NCBI GenBank assembly: GCA_964639885.1
Contig: CAZXEH010000005.1
Span: 16,278-80,277, forward strand
Length of the DNA stretch: 64,000 nt
Direction of reading: 5' to 3'
Source of the DNA: an uncultured Caldisericales bacterium
GTDB lineage: Bacteria > Caldisericota > Caldisericia > JAAYUI01
In this document: one piece after another, positions 1-8,454 of the stretch
Layout: the number at the start of each line of letters is the position of its first letter
Numbering within the stretch: position 1 is the stretch's first letter
Position numbers and translations under genes: made by a program
The notes under the pieces: model-generated
The model's database searches: none
What the model was told of the DNA's origin: nothing
Seen by the model: only the letters and a program-made list of their open reading frames with translations

Positions 1-948
1 TTTGACCGAAATGAAATCGGCATCCGGAATGAGAACCCAGTCAAGATTGCCGGCTTTGTACTCAAGTATCCTTGCGTTGTCTTCCTTGATTACCGGGAAC
101 TGGACTTCGTCAACCTTGCTGTAGCCTTCGTCGATAACCTGGTCTTTGTATCCCCACCAGCTGTCATTTCTGACCATGACAACCTTCTGATCGCGTTTCC
201 ACTCGACCATCTTGAAGGCGCCGGTTCCGACCGGTTCGGTTTCAAACCACTGACCTGGTTTCTTTCCGGTTGCAGTTTTTTCTTCTTTTTTCTCTTCTGA
301 CTTTTCCTCAGTCTTCTTCTCTGTCGTCTTGTCGTCTTCGATGATCATCGGGTTTTCGTAGGCTTCAACGACATTTTTGTCCACAACGTAAGCGGTGCTG
401 TAAGTCATTTTGTGGAGGAAGATGCCTGACGGTGCCTTGATTGTGATCTGGAGGAGTTTCTGATCCAGAGCCTTGATACCTGCAAGATCAGTTGTCTTTC
501 CTGCTGTCACATCTTCAAAGCCGACGATTTCATCAAAAATCCATGTTCTTTCAGACTTTGTCTCTGGCTTGAGAACCCTTTCATAGCTCCACTTGAAGTC
601 GGATGCTGTGAGCGGGTCGCCGTTTGAGAACTGTGTGTCACGGATTGTGAAAGTGTAGACTTTTCCATCTTCGCTGACTGACCACTTTTCGGCAAGGCAC
701 GGGATGATGTTCAAATCCTTGTCGTATGTGACCAAACCCTCGAAGATCTGGAGTCCGACGTTGTGTGAGGTATCGTCTGTAATCCTTGCAGGATCAAGAG
801 TAGGGACATCCGATGCTATCGGGAATCTGAAAACAACCTTTTCACCGGTCGGTTTTGCACCGCCATTATCGGTCGGCTGTTCACCGCAACCGGCGAACAC
901 ACCGGCAACAACCAGAACACATGCAACCACTGCCAACAGTTTCTTCAT
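1..948 (-). CDS. Family-5 solute-binding lipoprotein (OppA-like), 3' end truncated by the window edge
   Basis: Reverse-strand ATG at 946-948. Translation MKKLLAVVACVLVVAGVFAGCGEQ... is a lipoprotein signal with a lipobox Cys. Spot translations at three places in this frame show no stops. A K/E-rich linker is followed by SBP-like sequence. Its stop lies outside the window, so it is missing from the ORF track. Confidence 0.6.
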   Translation of the reverse strand, partial: MKKLLAVVACVLVVAGVFAGCGEQPTDNGGAKPTGEKVVFRFPIASDVPTLDPARITDDTSHNVGLQIFEGLVTYDKDLNIIPCLAEKWSVSEDGKVYTFTIRDTQFSNGDPLTASDFKWSYERVLKPETKSERTWIFDEIVGFEDVTAGKTTDLAGIKALDQKLLQITIKAPSGIFLHKMTYSTAYVVDKNVVEAYENPMIIEDDKTTEKKTEEKSEEKKEEKTATGKKPGQWFETEPVGTGAFKMVEWKRDQKVVMVRNDSWWGYKDQVIDEGYSKVDEVQFPVIKEDNARILEYKAGNLDWVLIPDADFISVK

Positions 949-971
949 GCTTCCTCCAGTCAATTGTCTAA

Positions 972-1994
972 TCAGTCACGAACGTACGGGCAGGCGGTGA
1001 AGTGGCCGTTGCCTATGTCGACAAGCGGATAATCTCCGACCCTGCACGGGAATTTGTTTTTTGCGTAGAACTCGCACCTGGTGTTGAATCTGCATCCGGG
1101 CGGCGGGTTGATCGGTGAAGGAATGTCACCCTGGAGAAGCTGCCTGTCCTTCTTGAGGTTTGGATCAGGGATAGGAACTGCAGACAGAAGGGCTTTGGTG
1201 TATGGATGCTGTGGGTGCTTGAACAGCTCTTCTGAAGGTGCAAGCTCGACAATTTTGCCAAGGTACATGACTGCGACTCTGTTGCTGATGTGACGGACAA
1301 CGGCCATGTCATGGGCGATGAACAGGTATGTTAGTTTGAACTTGTCCTGGAGCTCTTCGAGCAGGTTGATGACCTGTGATTGGATCGAAACGTCAAGAGC
1401 CGAGATCGGTTCGTCGGCAACGATGAACTTTGGGTTGAGAATGAGTGATCTTGCGATACCAATTCTCTGCCTCTGTCCACCTGAGAACTCGTGTGGATAC
1501 CTGTGGAGGTATTCCGGACGGAGACCTACGGTTTCCATGATCTCCATGACAAGCTCTTCGCCGTCCCTCTTGCTTTTGCTGAGATTGTGGACGATGAGCG
1601 GTTCACGGATTGTCTCGCCAACCGGGAGCTTTGGGTTGAGCGATCCAGCTGGGTCCTGGAAGATGATGCTCATATTGCGCCTCATCTTGCGAAGTTCATC
1701 GCCGCGAAGCATCATGACATCATCGCCATTGAAGAACACTTCACCCGATGTCGGCTTGTGAAGCCTGATCATTGTTTTGCCGACGGTTGTTTTTCCTGAA
1801 CCGGATTCACCGACAAGCGAAAGTGTTTCGCCATCCATGATTTCGAATGAAACATCGTCGACTGCCTTTACATGGCCAATCGTCTTCTGGACGACTCCAC
1901 CCTTGATCGGGAACCATTTCTTGAGGTTTTTAACTTGGATGAGCGGTTGCATGATCACAGCTCTCCTTTCGTTATCTTGTGCCAGCACCTGCAC
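972..1994 (-). CDS. oppF: Oligopeptide/dipeptide ABC transporter ATP-binding protein OppF
   Basis: Walker A GESGSGKTT, LSGGQRQR signature, and the OppF-type C-terminal Cys-rich tail. Confidence 0.85.
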   Translation of the reverse strand: MQVLAQDNERRAVIMQPLIQVKNLKKWFPIKGGVVQKTIGHVKAVDDVSFEIMDGETLSLVGESGSGKTTVGKTMIRLHKPTSGEVFFNGDDVMMLRGDELRKMRRNMSIIFQDPAGSLNPKLPVGETIREPLIVHNLSKSKRDGEELVMEIMETVGLRPEYLHRYPHEFSGGQRQRIGIARSLILNPKFIVADEPISALDVSIQSQVINLLEELQDKFKLTYLFIAHDMAVVRHISNRVAVMYLGKIVELAPSEELFKHPQHPYTKALLSAVPIPDPNLKKDRQLLQGDIPSPINPPPGCRFNTRCEFYAKNKFPCRVGDYPLVDIGNGHFTACPYVRD

Positions 1995-3460
1995 TGCCTG
2001 CCATCTGCAAACTCTTCAAGCGGTGGCTCAAGTTCTTTGCACTTCTGGTCTGCCCTTGGGCATCTCGGGTGGAATTTACATCCAACAGGAAGCCTGTACG
2101 GGTTTGGAACAAGACCTTCGATGGTCGGAAGTTTTTCTTCAGTCTTGGGCTGGTCGACCCTCGGGATCGAATGGAGGAGTCCCCAGGTGTACGGGTGCAT
2201 CGGGCCTTCGAATATGTCCTTGCAGGTTCCGTATTCAACAATCTTTCCAGCGTACATGACGATGATGTTTTCAGCCATTTCAGCCACGACAGCCAGGTTA
2301 TGGGTGATGAGCATGACAGCTGTTCCGAATTTCTTCTTGAGATCCTTCATCAGTTCAAGAATCTGCGCCTGGATTGTAACATCGAGAGCTGTTGTGGCCT
2401 CATCAGCGATGAGGATTTCTGGGTTGCAGGCCATTGCAAGGGCGATCATGACCCTCTGCTTCATACCACCTGACATTTCGTGCGGGTAGTTGAGAATTCT
2501 GCGCTCTGGGTCAGGAATTCCAACCAGTCTGAGCATCTCGATTGATCTCTGCCATGCCGGCGTTCTGAGCCTGAGACTCTGGAGCTCTTTTTTGATTTTT
2601 ATGGCAAGGGCATATCTTGAGGCAAGCCTGTTTGTTACCTTTGTTTTTCTCTCTTCGTCAGCCTGGCAGAACAAACGGTTGTACTCGGCATCAGCATCGA
2701 GCTTTGCCTTGGCAATGTCAGTTTTTTCTTTTATGCCAAGCTTGTCATGCTCTCTCATCAGCCTGTTGAGCTTTATTGCATGCTCTTCTTTTTTCTGCTG
2801 GGTTGCATTGTCATGCTCTTTCTTGGCAAACTGGATTTCCTGGAACTTCTTTTCTTTCAGGTTTGTGTAGTTCGCCTTGATGTTTGCAATCTTCTCTTTT
2901 GCAGCAGCTGCAAGCTTCGCCTTTGTGTCTTTGAGTGAAGCTCTTTCTTTGCCAATTGATGCGTTTGTAATCATGTTCGGGATCATGTCAGCAAACAGAT
3001 AGACAATTGATGAACCGAGCCAGACAAACCACCACTTCCAGAAGATGCCCCACGAGACAACCCTCATGCTGAAGTTGAAGTTGCCAAGTCCCTGGTGAAG
3101 GGTGAGGGTTTCCGATATCTGGTCACCGATTTGGAATACCGGATTGAGGGATGTCATCGGTTCCTGGAAGATCATCGAGATTGCTGCGCCTCTGAGCTGT
3201 CTGATGCGCTGGATGCGAGCTTTTACGAGGTCTTCGTTGTGGAACAGAATCTGTCCACCTTCAATATTGCCAGGGACATCGATGAGTCTCATGATCGAAA
3301 GCGAAGTGACCGATTTACCGCAGCCTGATTCGCCAACGATTCCGAGTGTTTCGCCCTTTCTGAGTTTGAAGCTTACATCATCAACGGCAGCTACGATTCC
3401 GTCGGAGGTATGGAAATACGTCCGAAGGTTCTTTACATCCAATATGACTTCGTTTTCCAT
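1955..3460 (-). CDS. oppD: Oligopeptide ABC transporter ATP-binding protein OppD with a roughly 180-aa insertion in the nucleotide-binding domain
   Basis: Walker A GESGCGKS, signature MSGGMKQR and Walker B ILIADEATTALD are present. OppD is typically about 330 aa. Residues about 126-305 are extra: a Trp-rich hydrophobic stretch followed by a K/E-rich coiled-coil-like segment. Confidence 0.85.
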   Translation of the reverse strand: MENEVILDVKNLRTYFHTSDGIVAAVDDVSFKLRKGETLGIVGESGCGKSVTSLSIMRLIDVPGNIEGGQILFHNEDLVKARIQRIRQLRGAAISMIFQEPMTSLNPVFQIGDQISETLTLHQGLGNFNFSMRVVSWGIFWKWWFVWLGSSIVYLFADMIPNMITNASIGKERASLKDTKAKLAAAAKEKIANIKANYTNLKEKKFQEIQFAKKEHDNATQQKKEEHAIKLNRLMREHDKLGIKEKTDIAKAKLDADAEYNRLFCQADEERKTKVTNRLASRYALAIKIKKELQSLRLRTPAWQRSIEMLRLVGIPDPERRILNYPHEMSGGMKQRVMIALAMACNPEILIADEATTALDVTIQAQILELMKDLKKKFGTAVMLITHNLAVVAEMAENIIVMYAGKIVEYGTCKDIFEGPMHPYTWGLLHSIPRVDQPKTEEKLPTIEGLVPNPYRLPVGCKFHPRCPRADQKCKELEPPLEEFADGRQCRCWHKITKGEL

Positions 3461-3469
3461 TCTTCCTCC

Positions 3470-4903
3470 TTAGATTTTGAGCCTTGGGTCAATGGCGTCC
3501 CTGAGTCCGTCACCCATGAAGTTCGATGAGAGGGTGACAAGGAAGATCAGGAGGCCTGAGAAAATCGACGGCCACGGCTGTGATAGGAAGTATGCCCTGG
3601 CTTCATTGATGATGCCACCCCATGTCGGTGTTTCAATCACGTTGACACCGAGACCGAGGAATGACATTGATGATTCTGTCATTATGACTCCACCGATTCC
3701 AATGGTCATGGAGACAATGATTGGGGCAAGTGCATTGGGGAGCATGTGGCGGAACATGACGCGCCAGTCTGATGAACCAATTGCCTTTGCAGCTTCTACG
3801 TATTCAGTTTCCCTGATTGAGAAGAACTGGCCTCTGATCATTCTTGAGGTTCCAGACCAGCCGAACACCGTGAGGATGATAATGATGACAAGCGGTGATC
3901 CACCGAGGAATGCCGATAGCAGAATGAGGATCGGAAGCTGTGGGACAGCAAGTTCGATCTCTATAATCCTCTGGAGGGTTGCATCGACGAATCCGCCATA
4001 GAAACCAGCCATTGCACCTAGAATGATGCCAATCAAGGTTGACAGCAAAACGACTGTCAACGATACGAACAGTGAAATCCTTGCACCGTATGCGAGCCTG
4101 ACAAGCATGTCATGGCCTGAACCATCGGTACCGAGAACGTGAATCGGAGCCGGACCCAGGTCTTCATCCTGTGGGCCTTCATAAATCACATTGCCCTGTT
4201 CGTCCTTGAGGGTGATGACGGTCTGATCGGGGGTTGTAAACATTGGTTTGTAAAGGTCAATCTGCTGGTTGATCGATTTGTGGTATTTGACGAGTCTCGC
4301 CCTTGAAACAAAGAACTCGATAAGGTCGCCTTTTTTGTTTATTGGTTTATTGTCTTTCCCATAGACGATTTTGCCTTTTTCATCTTTTTCCAATTCGATC
4401 TTTGTATCGAGTGAGGAGACCCTGCCATATTCCTTCAGGCTTGTGTTATACAGGTCTTTGTAATTCTTGATCTGGCCTGTGATTTTGTCCTTGTAGGAAG
4501 CATTGAAGGTTTCTTCATTGATGGTTGCCATTCCGGTTTGAAGGGCTGTTTTGTAGTCTTCATCTGTTTTGAAGTTGAACCAGAACGCAGGCCCACCAGG
4601 ATAAACATCTTTGTTGTCCCAGTCTGGGACGCTGATTTTTACTGCAACTCCCGGGTATGAGAACGGGAGCATCTTCTGTTCACCGCCCGCATACTTGACC
4701 GGATAGCCAGTGAACACTTCAAACAACGGCGCAATGATGGCGAGTAGTACCATTGCAAGCAGGATATAGAATCCAAAGACCGCCATCTTGTGCCTTTTGA
4801 AGCGGCCCCAGACCATGCCAGAGAATGAATAGGATGAAGCTGACAGGATTTCCTGCTCGTTCGGATTTTCGATGACTGTAAGTTTTTTCTTTTTAGTAGC
4901 CAT
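3470..4903 (-). CDS. oppC: Oligopeptide ABC transporter permease OppC with a long N-terminal extracytoplasmic extension
   Basis: C-terminal BPD-transporter core with EAA-like motif EAAKAIGSSDWRVMFRHMLP. One N-terminal TM helix precedes a roughly 200-aa extension. Confidence 0.8.
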   Translation of the reverse strand: MATKKKKLTVIENPNEQEILSASSYSFSGMVWGRFKRHKMAVFGFYILLAMVLLAIIAPLFEVFTGYPVKYAGGEQKMLPFSYPGVAVKISVPDWDNKDVYPGGPAFWFNFKTDEDYKTALQTGMATINEETFNASYKDKITGQIKNYKDLYNTSLKEYGRVSSLDTKIELEKDEKGKIVYGKDNKPINKKGDLIEFFVSRARLVKYHKSINQQIDLYKPMFTTPDQTVITLKDEQGNVIYEGPQDEDLGPAPIHVLGTDGSGHDMLVRLAYGARISLFVSLTVVLLSTLIGIILGAMAGFYGGFVDATLQRIIEIELAVPQLPILILLSAFLGGSPLVIIIILTVFGWSGTSRMIRGQFFSIRETEYVEAAKAIGSSDWRVMFRHMLPNALAPIIVSMTIGIGGVIMTESSMSFLGLGVNVIETPTWGGIINEARAYFLSQPWPSIFSGLLIFLVTLSSNFMGDGLRDAIDPRLKI

Positions 4904-4911
4904 CAGTCACC

Positions 4912-5880
4912 TCACGAAAGAGAAATCTTCGGATCAACAAGCGCATACACCACGTCAGTGATGATCAGCGAGATCAGCGACAGGAATACGAACAGCGTGA
5001 AGTCACTCATCGCAACCGGTATGTCTTTGGAGATCAAAGCGTTGTACATCATCTTGCCCATACCATTGATATTGAATATCTGCTCGGAAATAACAGAACC
5101 ACCGAACAAGCCGGGGAGAATGAATGTGAAAATTGTGATGACTGGTATAAGCGCGTTTCTTAGAGCGTGTTTGTAGAACACAACATTTTCGGCCAGACCT
5201 TTGGCTCTTGCCGTCCTGATGTAGTCCATCTTGATAACCTCAAGGATGGATGATCGCATGTAACGTGAAAGTGTTGCAGCGCCACCGAGCAATCCCATGA
5301 ATATCGGCAGTGAGTAGTTTCTTGCATAATCGATGAAACGCATGAACCAGTTGAGCTGATCATGATTTTGCCACAACTGGAAACCTGCAGGAATGATTTT
5401 CAGTGTCACCGAGAAGAACATCATCAGCAACAAGGCAAACCAGAATCCCGGCATGGAGATTCCAATGTAGCTGATGAACGTCACAATATAATCAACCCCG
5501 GAGTTGTGCCTCCTTGCTGCAAATATTCCCAAAGGAATACCCACAAGGACATTCAGCAGGAGGGTTGAGATTGTGAGGGTCAATGTAACGGGCAGTTTGG
5601 TGGCTATCAACCCCCAGACGGGAACCTTCTCAAATATTGATTTGCCCCAGTCCCACTTGAAGAGGATGTTTCTTGCCCATTTGAAATAACCAACATACCA
5701 CGGATCGTTGAATCCGGCCCATTCTCTCTGCTTCATGATTTCTGTCTTCAATTGAGGTTGCAGGATCATCAGCTCTTCAAAGGGATCGCCTTTGAGTGAG
5801 AGAACGAAATAGATCAGGCCGGTAAGAAGGATGAACATGAAGAAGAAAATAATCAATCTTCTGACAATATAATTGCCCAT
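4912..5880 (-). CDS. oppB: Oligopeptide ABC transporter permease OppB
   Basis: Six-TM BPD-transporter permease, EAA-loop region ARAKGL, about 320 aa. Adjacent to oppC. Confidence 0.85.
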   Translation of the reverse strand: MGNYIVRRLIIFFFMFILLTGLIYFVLSLKGDPFEELMILQPQLKTEIMKQREWAGFNDPWYVGYFKWARNILFKWDWGKSIFEKVPVWGLIATKLPVTLTLTISTLLLNVLVGIPLGIFAARRHNSGVDYIVTFISYIGISMPGFWFALLLMMFFSVTLKIIPAGFQLWQNHDQLNWFMRFIDYARNYSLPIFMGLLGGAATLSRYMRSSILEVIKMDYIRTARAKGLAENVVFYKHALRNALIPVITIFTFILPGLFGGSVISEQIFNINGMGKMMYNALISKDIPVAMSDFTLFVFLSLISLIITDVVYALVDPKISLS

Positions 5881-5945
5881 TTCTTAGCCTTTCTATTAAC
5901 GCAAAATGCGCCCCGGTTTTGCCGGGGCGCCATATCAGTCGTTAA

Positions 5946-8111
5946 TTACTGGATTATTTCCCTGTACCACCATGCGGCGTTCCAGTTCGGAGTGACCTGT
6001 GTGCCTGTCGGCTTGAAGTTTTCAAGATCGAACGGGCAGACATCGACATCATATCTGTTGAACAGCGGAAGTGCCGGGAGCTCTTCTGTCCAGATCTTGG
6101 ACTGCCTGTTGTAGACATCCTGGAGTTTTGCATCCGGGAGTTCCATTGTCATGTCTGTGCAAAGCTGGTCGTGTTCCTTTGATGATGGCCAGCCGCCGAC
6201 GTTCTGTCCCTGCCAGTAGTTATCCTTGGTTGGAACCTGGTTTGCCATGAACAGGTTTGCGTTTGGTCTGATCGGGTTTGAAACCCATGCGAATTCAACA
6301 ATCGACCACTCGTGACGAGTGAGGGACTGACCAAAGAGTTCCTTTGCCGGTACCGGCTTGGTGATGATCTTGAGTCCGACCCTGCCCCACATCTTCTGGA
6401 GCTGTTCGATGTTTTTTACACGGAATTCCTGTTCGGAGGTTGTCTTGATCTCGAACATGAACGGCTTCTTCGGGTCGCCGTCCTTGCATCTGATCATTTC
6501 GCCACCGACTTTTGTAAGTTTCCATCCGGCCTCGTCGAGGAGTTTTTCAGCCATCTTCGGGTCGTACGGATACTTCTTGATCATCTCTTCATTGTAATAC
6601 TTTGAGCGTGCCGGCATCCAGCTGTGTGACGGTGTGAAAATGCCGTTTGAAACGATTTTGCAAAGCTCGTCCCTGTCAAGGGCATAGAGCATGGCCTGTC
6701 TGACTCTCTTGTCACCAAAGACCCACTTGAGACCCGGGGTATTCGGTGATGATGGGTCAATATCGTGCTGGTTGAGGTCGAGGTGTTCCCATGAGGTGCC
6801 TTCAGTGAAGACAAACCTGTACTGCGGGAGCTGCTGCGCAAGACCCGATGCTTCGATAGGCGTGAATGCGTTAGAAACAACGTCAACTGCGTTTGACTGC
6901 AGATTGAGTCTGATCGTGTTTGTGTCCATCATGAACTTGACAATAATCTTGTCAATAAGTGGCTGTGCGTAGCTTGCGTATGGGTTTGGTGCAAATTCAA
7001 TATGATCGCCTCTGTCCCACTTGACCATCTTGTATGGCCCAGTGGTGAAATCAATGAAATCCTGTCTTACGTTGAAATCTGCTGGATCAGTGTAGAGATC
7101 CTGCTCATATTTTGCCTTATAGCTATAGCCTGCGCCCCATGTTGCATAGGCATAGACTTCGTTCCAGTCAACCTCGACTGTATACTTGTCAATTTTCCTC
7201 ATACCATCGATCTTCCAGGTACCTGACTTTGAGGTGTTCTGGACTCTTGGGCAGAGACCTTCCCTGAAGGCATAAACATAATCATCGGCGGTAATTTCAT
7301 GTGACTTTTCCGGTTCGCCTTCATACATCGGATGCTGATAGAGGCCCGGTCTGATGTGATAGACGACTGTCTCTTTCATCCTGCCTGAAACTGGATCCTT
7401 GAAGACTTTTACATCGCCGTTGTCTACCGATGGAACCCTTGTAAGGGTGACTGGGTAAAGAGTTGCATCGTCACCATAAGTTACATCTCCACCAAAGCTC
7501 ATGAAAGTGACAAGCATCGTCCTGGAGAGGGCGTTTGATGTCGGGTTCATGGTGTCCGGTTCCTGGGCGGTAACCACAACAACCTGCTGACCCTTTTCTG
7601 TGTTTGGCGGATACTTGAAGCGGTAGCATACAAATGCCACTTCGGCATAGGTTGGAGCCTTGTCCCATGCGGTGAGTCTTCCCTTCCTGTAGGTAAGGAA
7701 GTCGTACTTTGGCCTGTAAGCCATGTTGAAGTACGGAACGAAATCTGCCGGGATGGTCAGTTCGTCATTGCTCATGCACCATGCAGGGAACTTGTGCTGT
7801 TCGATTTCTGCCGCCCACTTGCTGTTGTCAACAGCGAGCTTTGCAAAATCTGCCCTGGTGAATGCCTTTGCGGCATCCGGTGCTGGAAGTGACTTGCCAA
7901 GGGCTTTCCCAAGCGCCTCAACCGCTGTTGCGGGAGCCATCTCTTTGTCCCACTGGGCAATGTCAGCCTGAGGCATGACGGTGTCCTTCACCATCTTCTC
8001 CACGTACTTGGTTGCCCAGTGTGTGGATTCGGCGGCCATAATGCGGCCTGCACCTGAGACAACAAGTACAAATGCGCCAACAATCAATAAAATAACTAGG
8101 ATTTTTTTCAT
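5946..8111 (-). CDS. oppA: ABC transporter substrate-binding protein, family 5 (OppA-like), N-terminally extended paralogue 1
   Basis: Start moved to the internal ATG at 8109-8111 (MKKILVILLIVGAFVLVVSGAG signal peptide), preceded by an AGGAG RBS. Long stretches are near-identical to the ORF at 8455..10611. Confidence 0.8.
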   Translation of the reverse strand: MKKILVILLIVGAFVLVVSGAGRIMAAESTHWATKYVEKMVKDTVMPQADIAQWDKEMAPATAVEALGKALGKSLPAPDAAKAFTRADFAKLAVDNSKWAAEIEQHKFPAWCMSNDELTIPADFVPYFNMAYRPKYDFLTYRKGRLTAWDKAPTYAEVAFVCYRFKYPPNTEKGQQVVVVTAQEPDTMNPTSNALSRTMLVTFMSFGGDVTYGDDATLYPVTLTRVPSVDNGDVKVFKDPVSGRMKETVVYHIRPGLYQHPMYEGEPEKSHEITADDYVYAFREGLCPRVQNTSKSGTWKIDGMRKIDKYTVEVDWNEVYAYATWGAGYSYKAKYEQDLYTDPADFNVRQDFIDFTTGPYKMVKWDRGDHIEFAPNPYASYAQPLIDKIIVKFMMDTNTIRLNLQSNAVDVVSNAFTPIEASGLAQQLPQYRFVFTEGTSWEHLDLNQHDIDPSSPNTPGLKWVFGDKRVRQAMLYALDRDELCKIVSNGIFTPSHSWMPARSKYYNEEMIKKYPYDPKMAEKLLDEAGWKLTKVGGEMIRCKDGDPKKPFMFEIKTTSEQEFRVKNIEQLQKMWGRVGLKIITKPVPAKELFGQSLTRHEWSIVEFAWVSNPIRPNANLFMANQVPTKDNYWQGQNVGGWPSSKEHDQLCTDMTMELPDAKLQDVYNRQSKIWTEELPALPLFNRYDVDVCPFDLENFKPTGTQVTPNWNAAWWYREIIQ

Positions 8112-8354
8112 CGCACTCCTTTCGCTTAGCGGCATTGACAAAATTACTGTCAAGCCAATGGAAGAACATATGTTGTCAACAGAATTTGTGAAATAAATGA
8201 ATCGTTTTTCACTAAACAAACATGAGACACTGTATGGAGTCTCGAATGTTATCATACAGTGTTCGCTTAAAACTGCAAGTGTCTGCGAACTGATGGCGCC
8301 TGCATCTCTTGTTCCAAAACGACTGGAAGGGTTTCATATTTTCGGCCAAATTTC

Positions 8355-8400
8355 GGTAACAAACAAATAAAGCCTGCAATTTTAGTTATTGCAGGCTTTA
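8355..8400 (-). terminator. Rho-independent terminator downstream of oppA paralogue 2
   Basis: Inverted repeat aaagcctgcaat / attgcaggcttt. On the minus strand it is followed by TTTGTTTGTT. Confidence 0.5.
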
Positions 8401-8454
8401 TTTGACAATAATTGTGTTTTAAAAGTGGGAAATAATTTCCCGTCCAGTTTCTTA

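Noticed and set aside
1872-2489. Plus-strand ORFs (205 and 164 aa) overlapping oppD/oppF on the opposite strand
   Set aside because: Antisense to conserved ABC ATPase genes. No RBS or motif.
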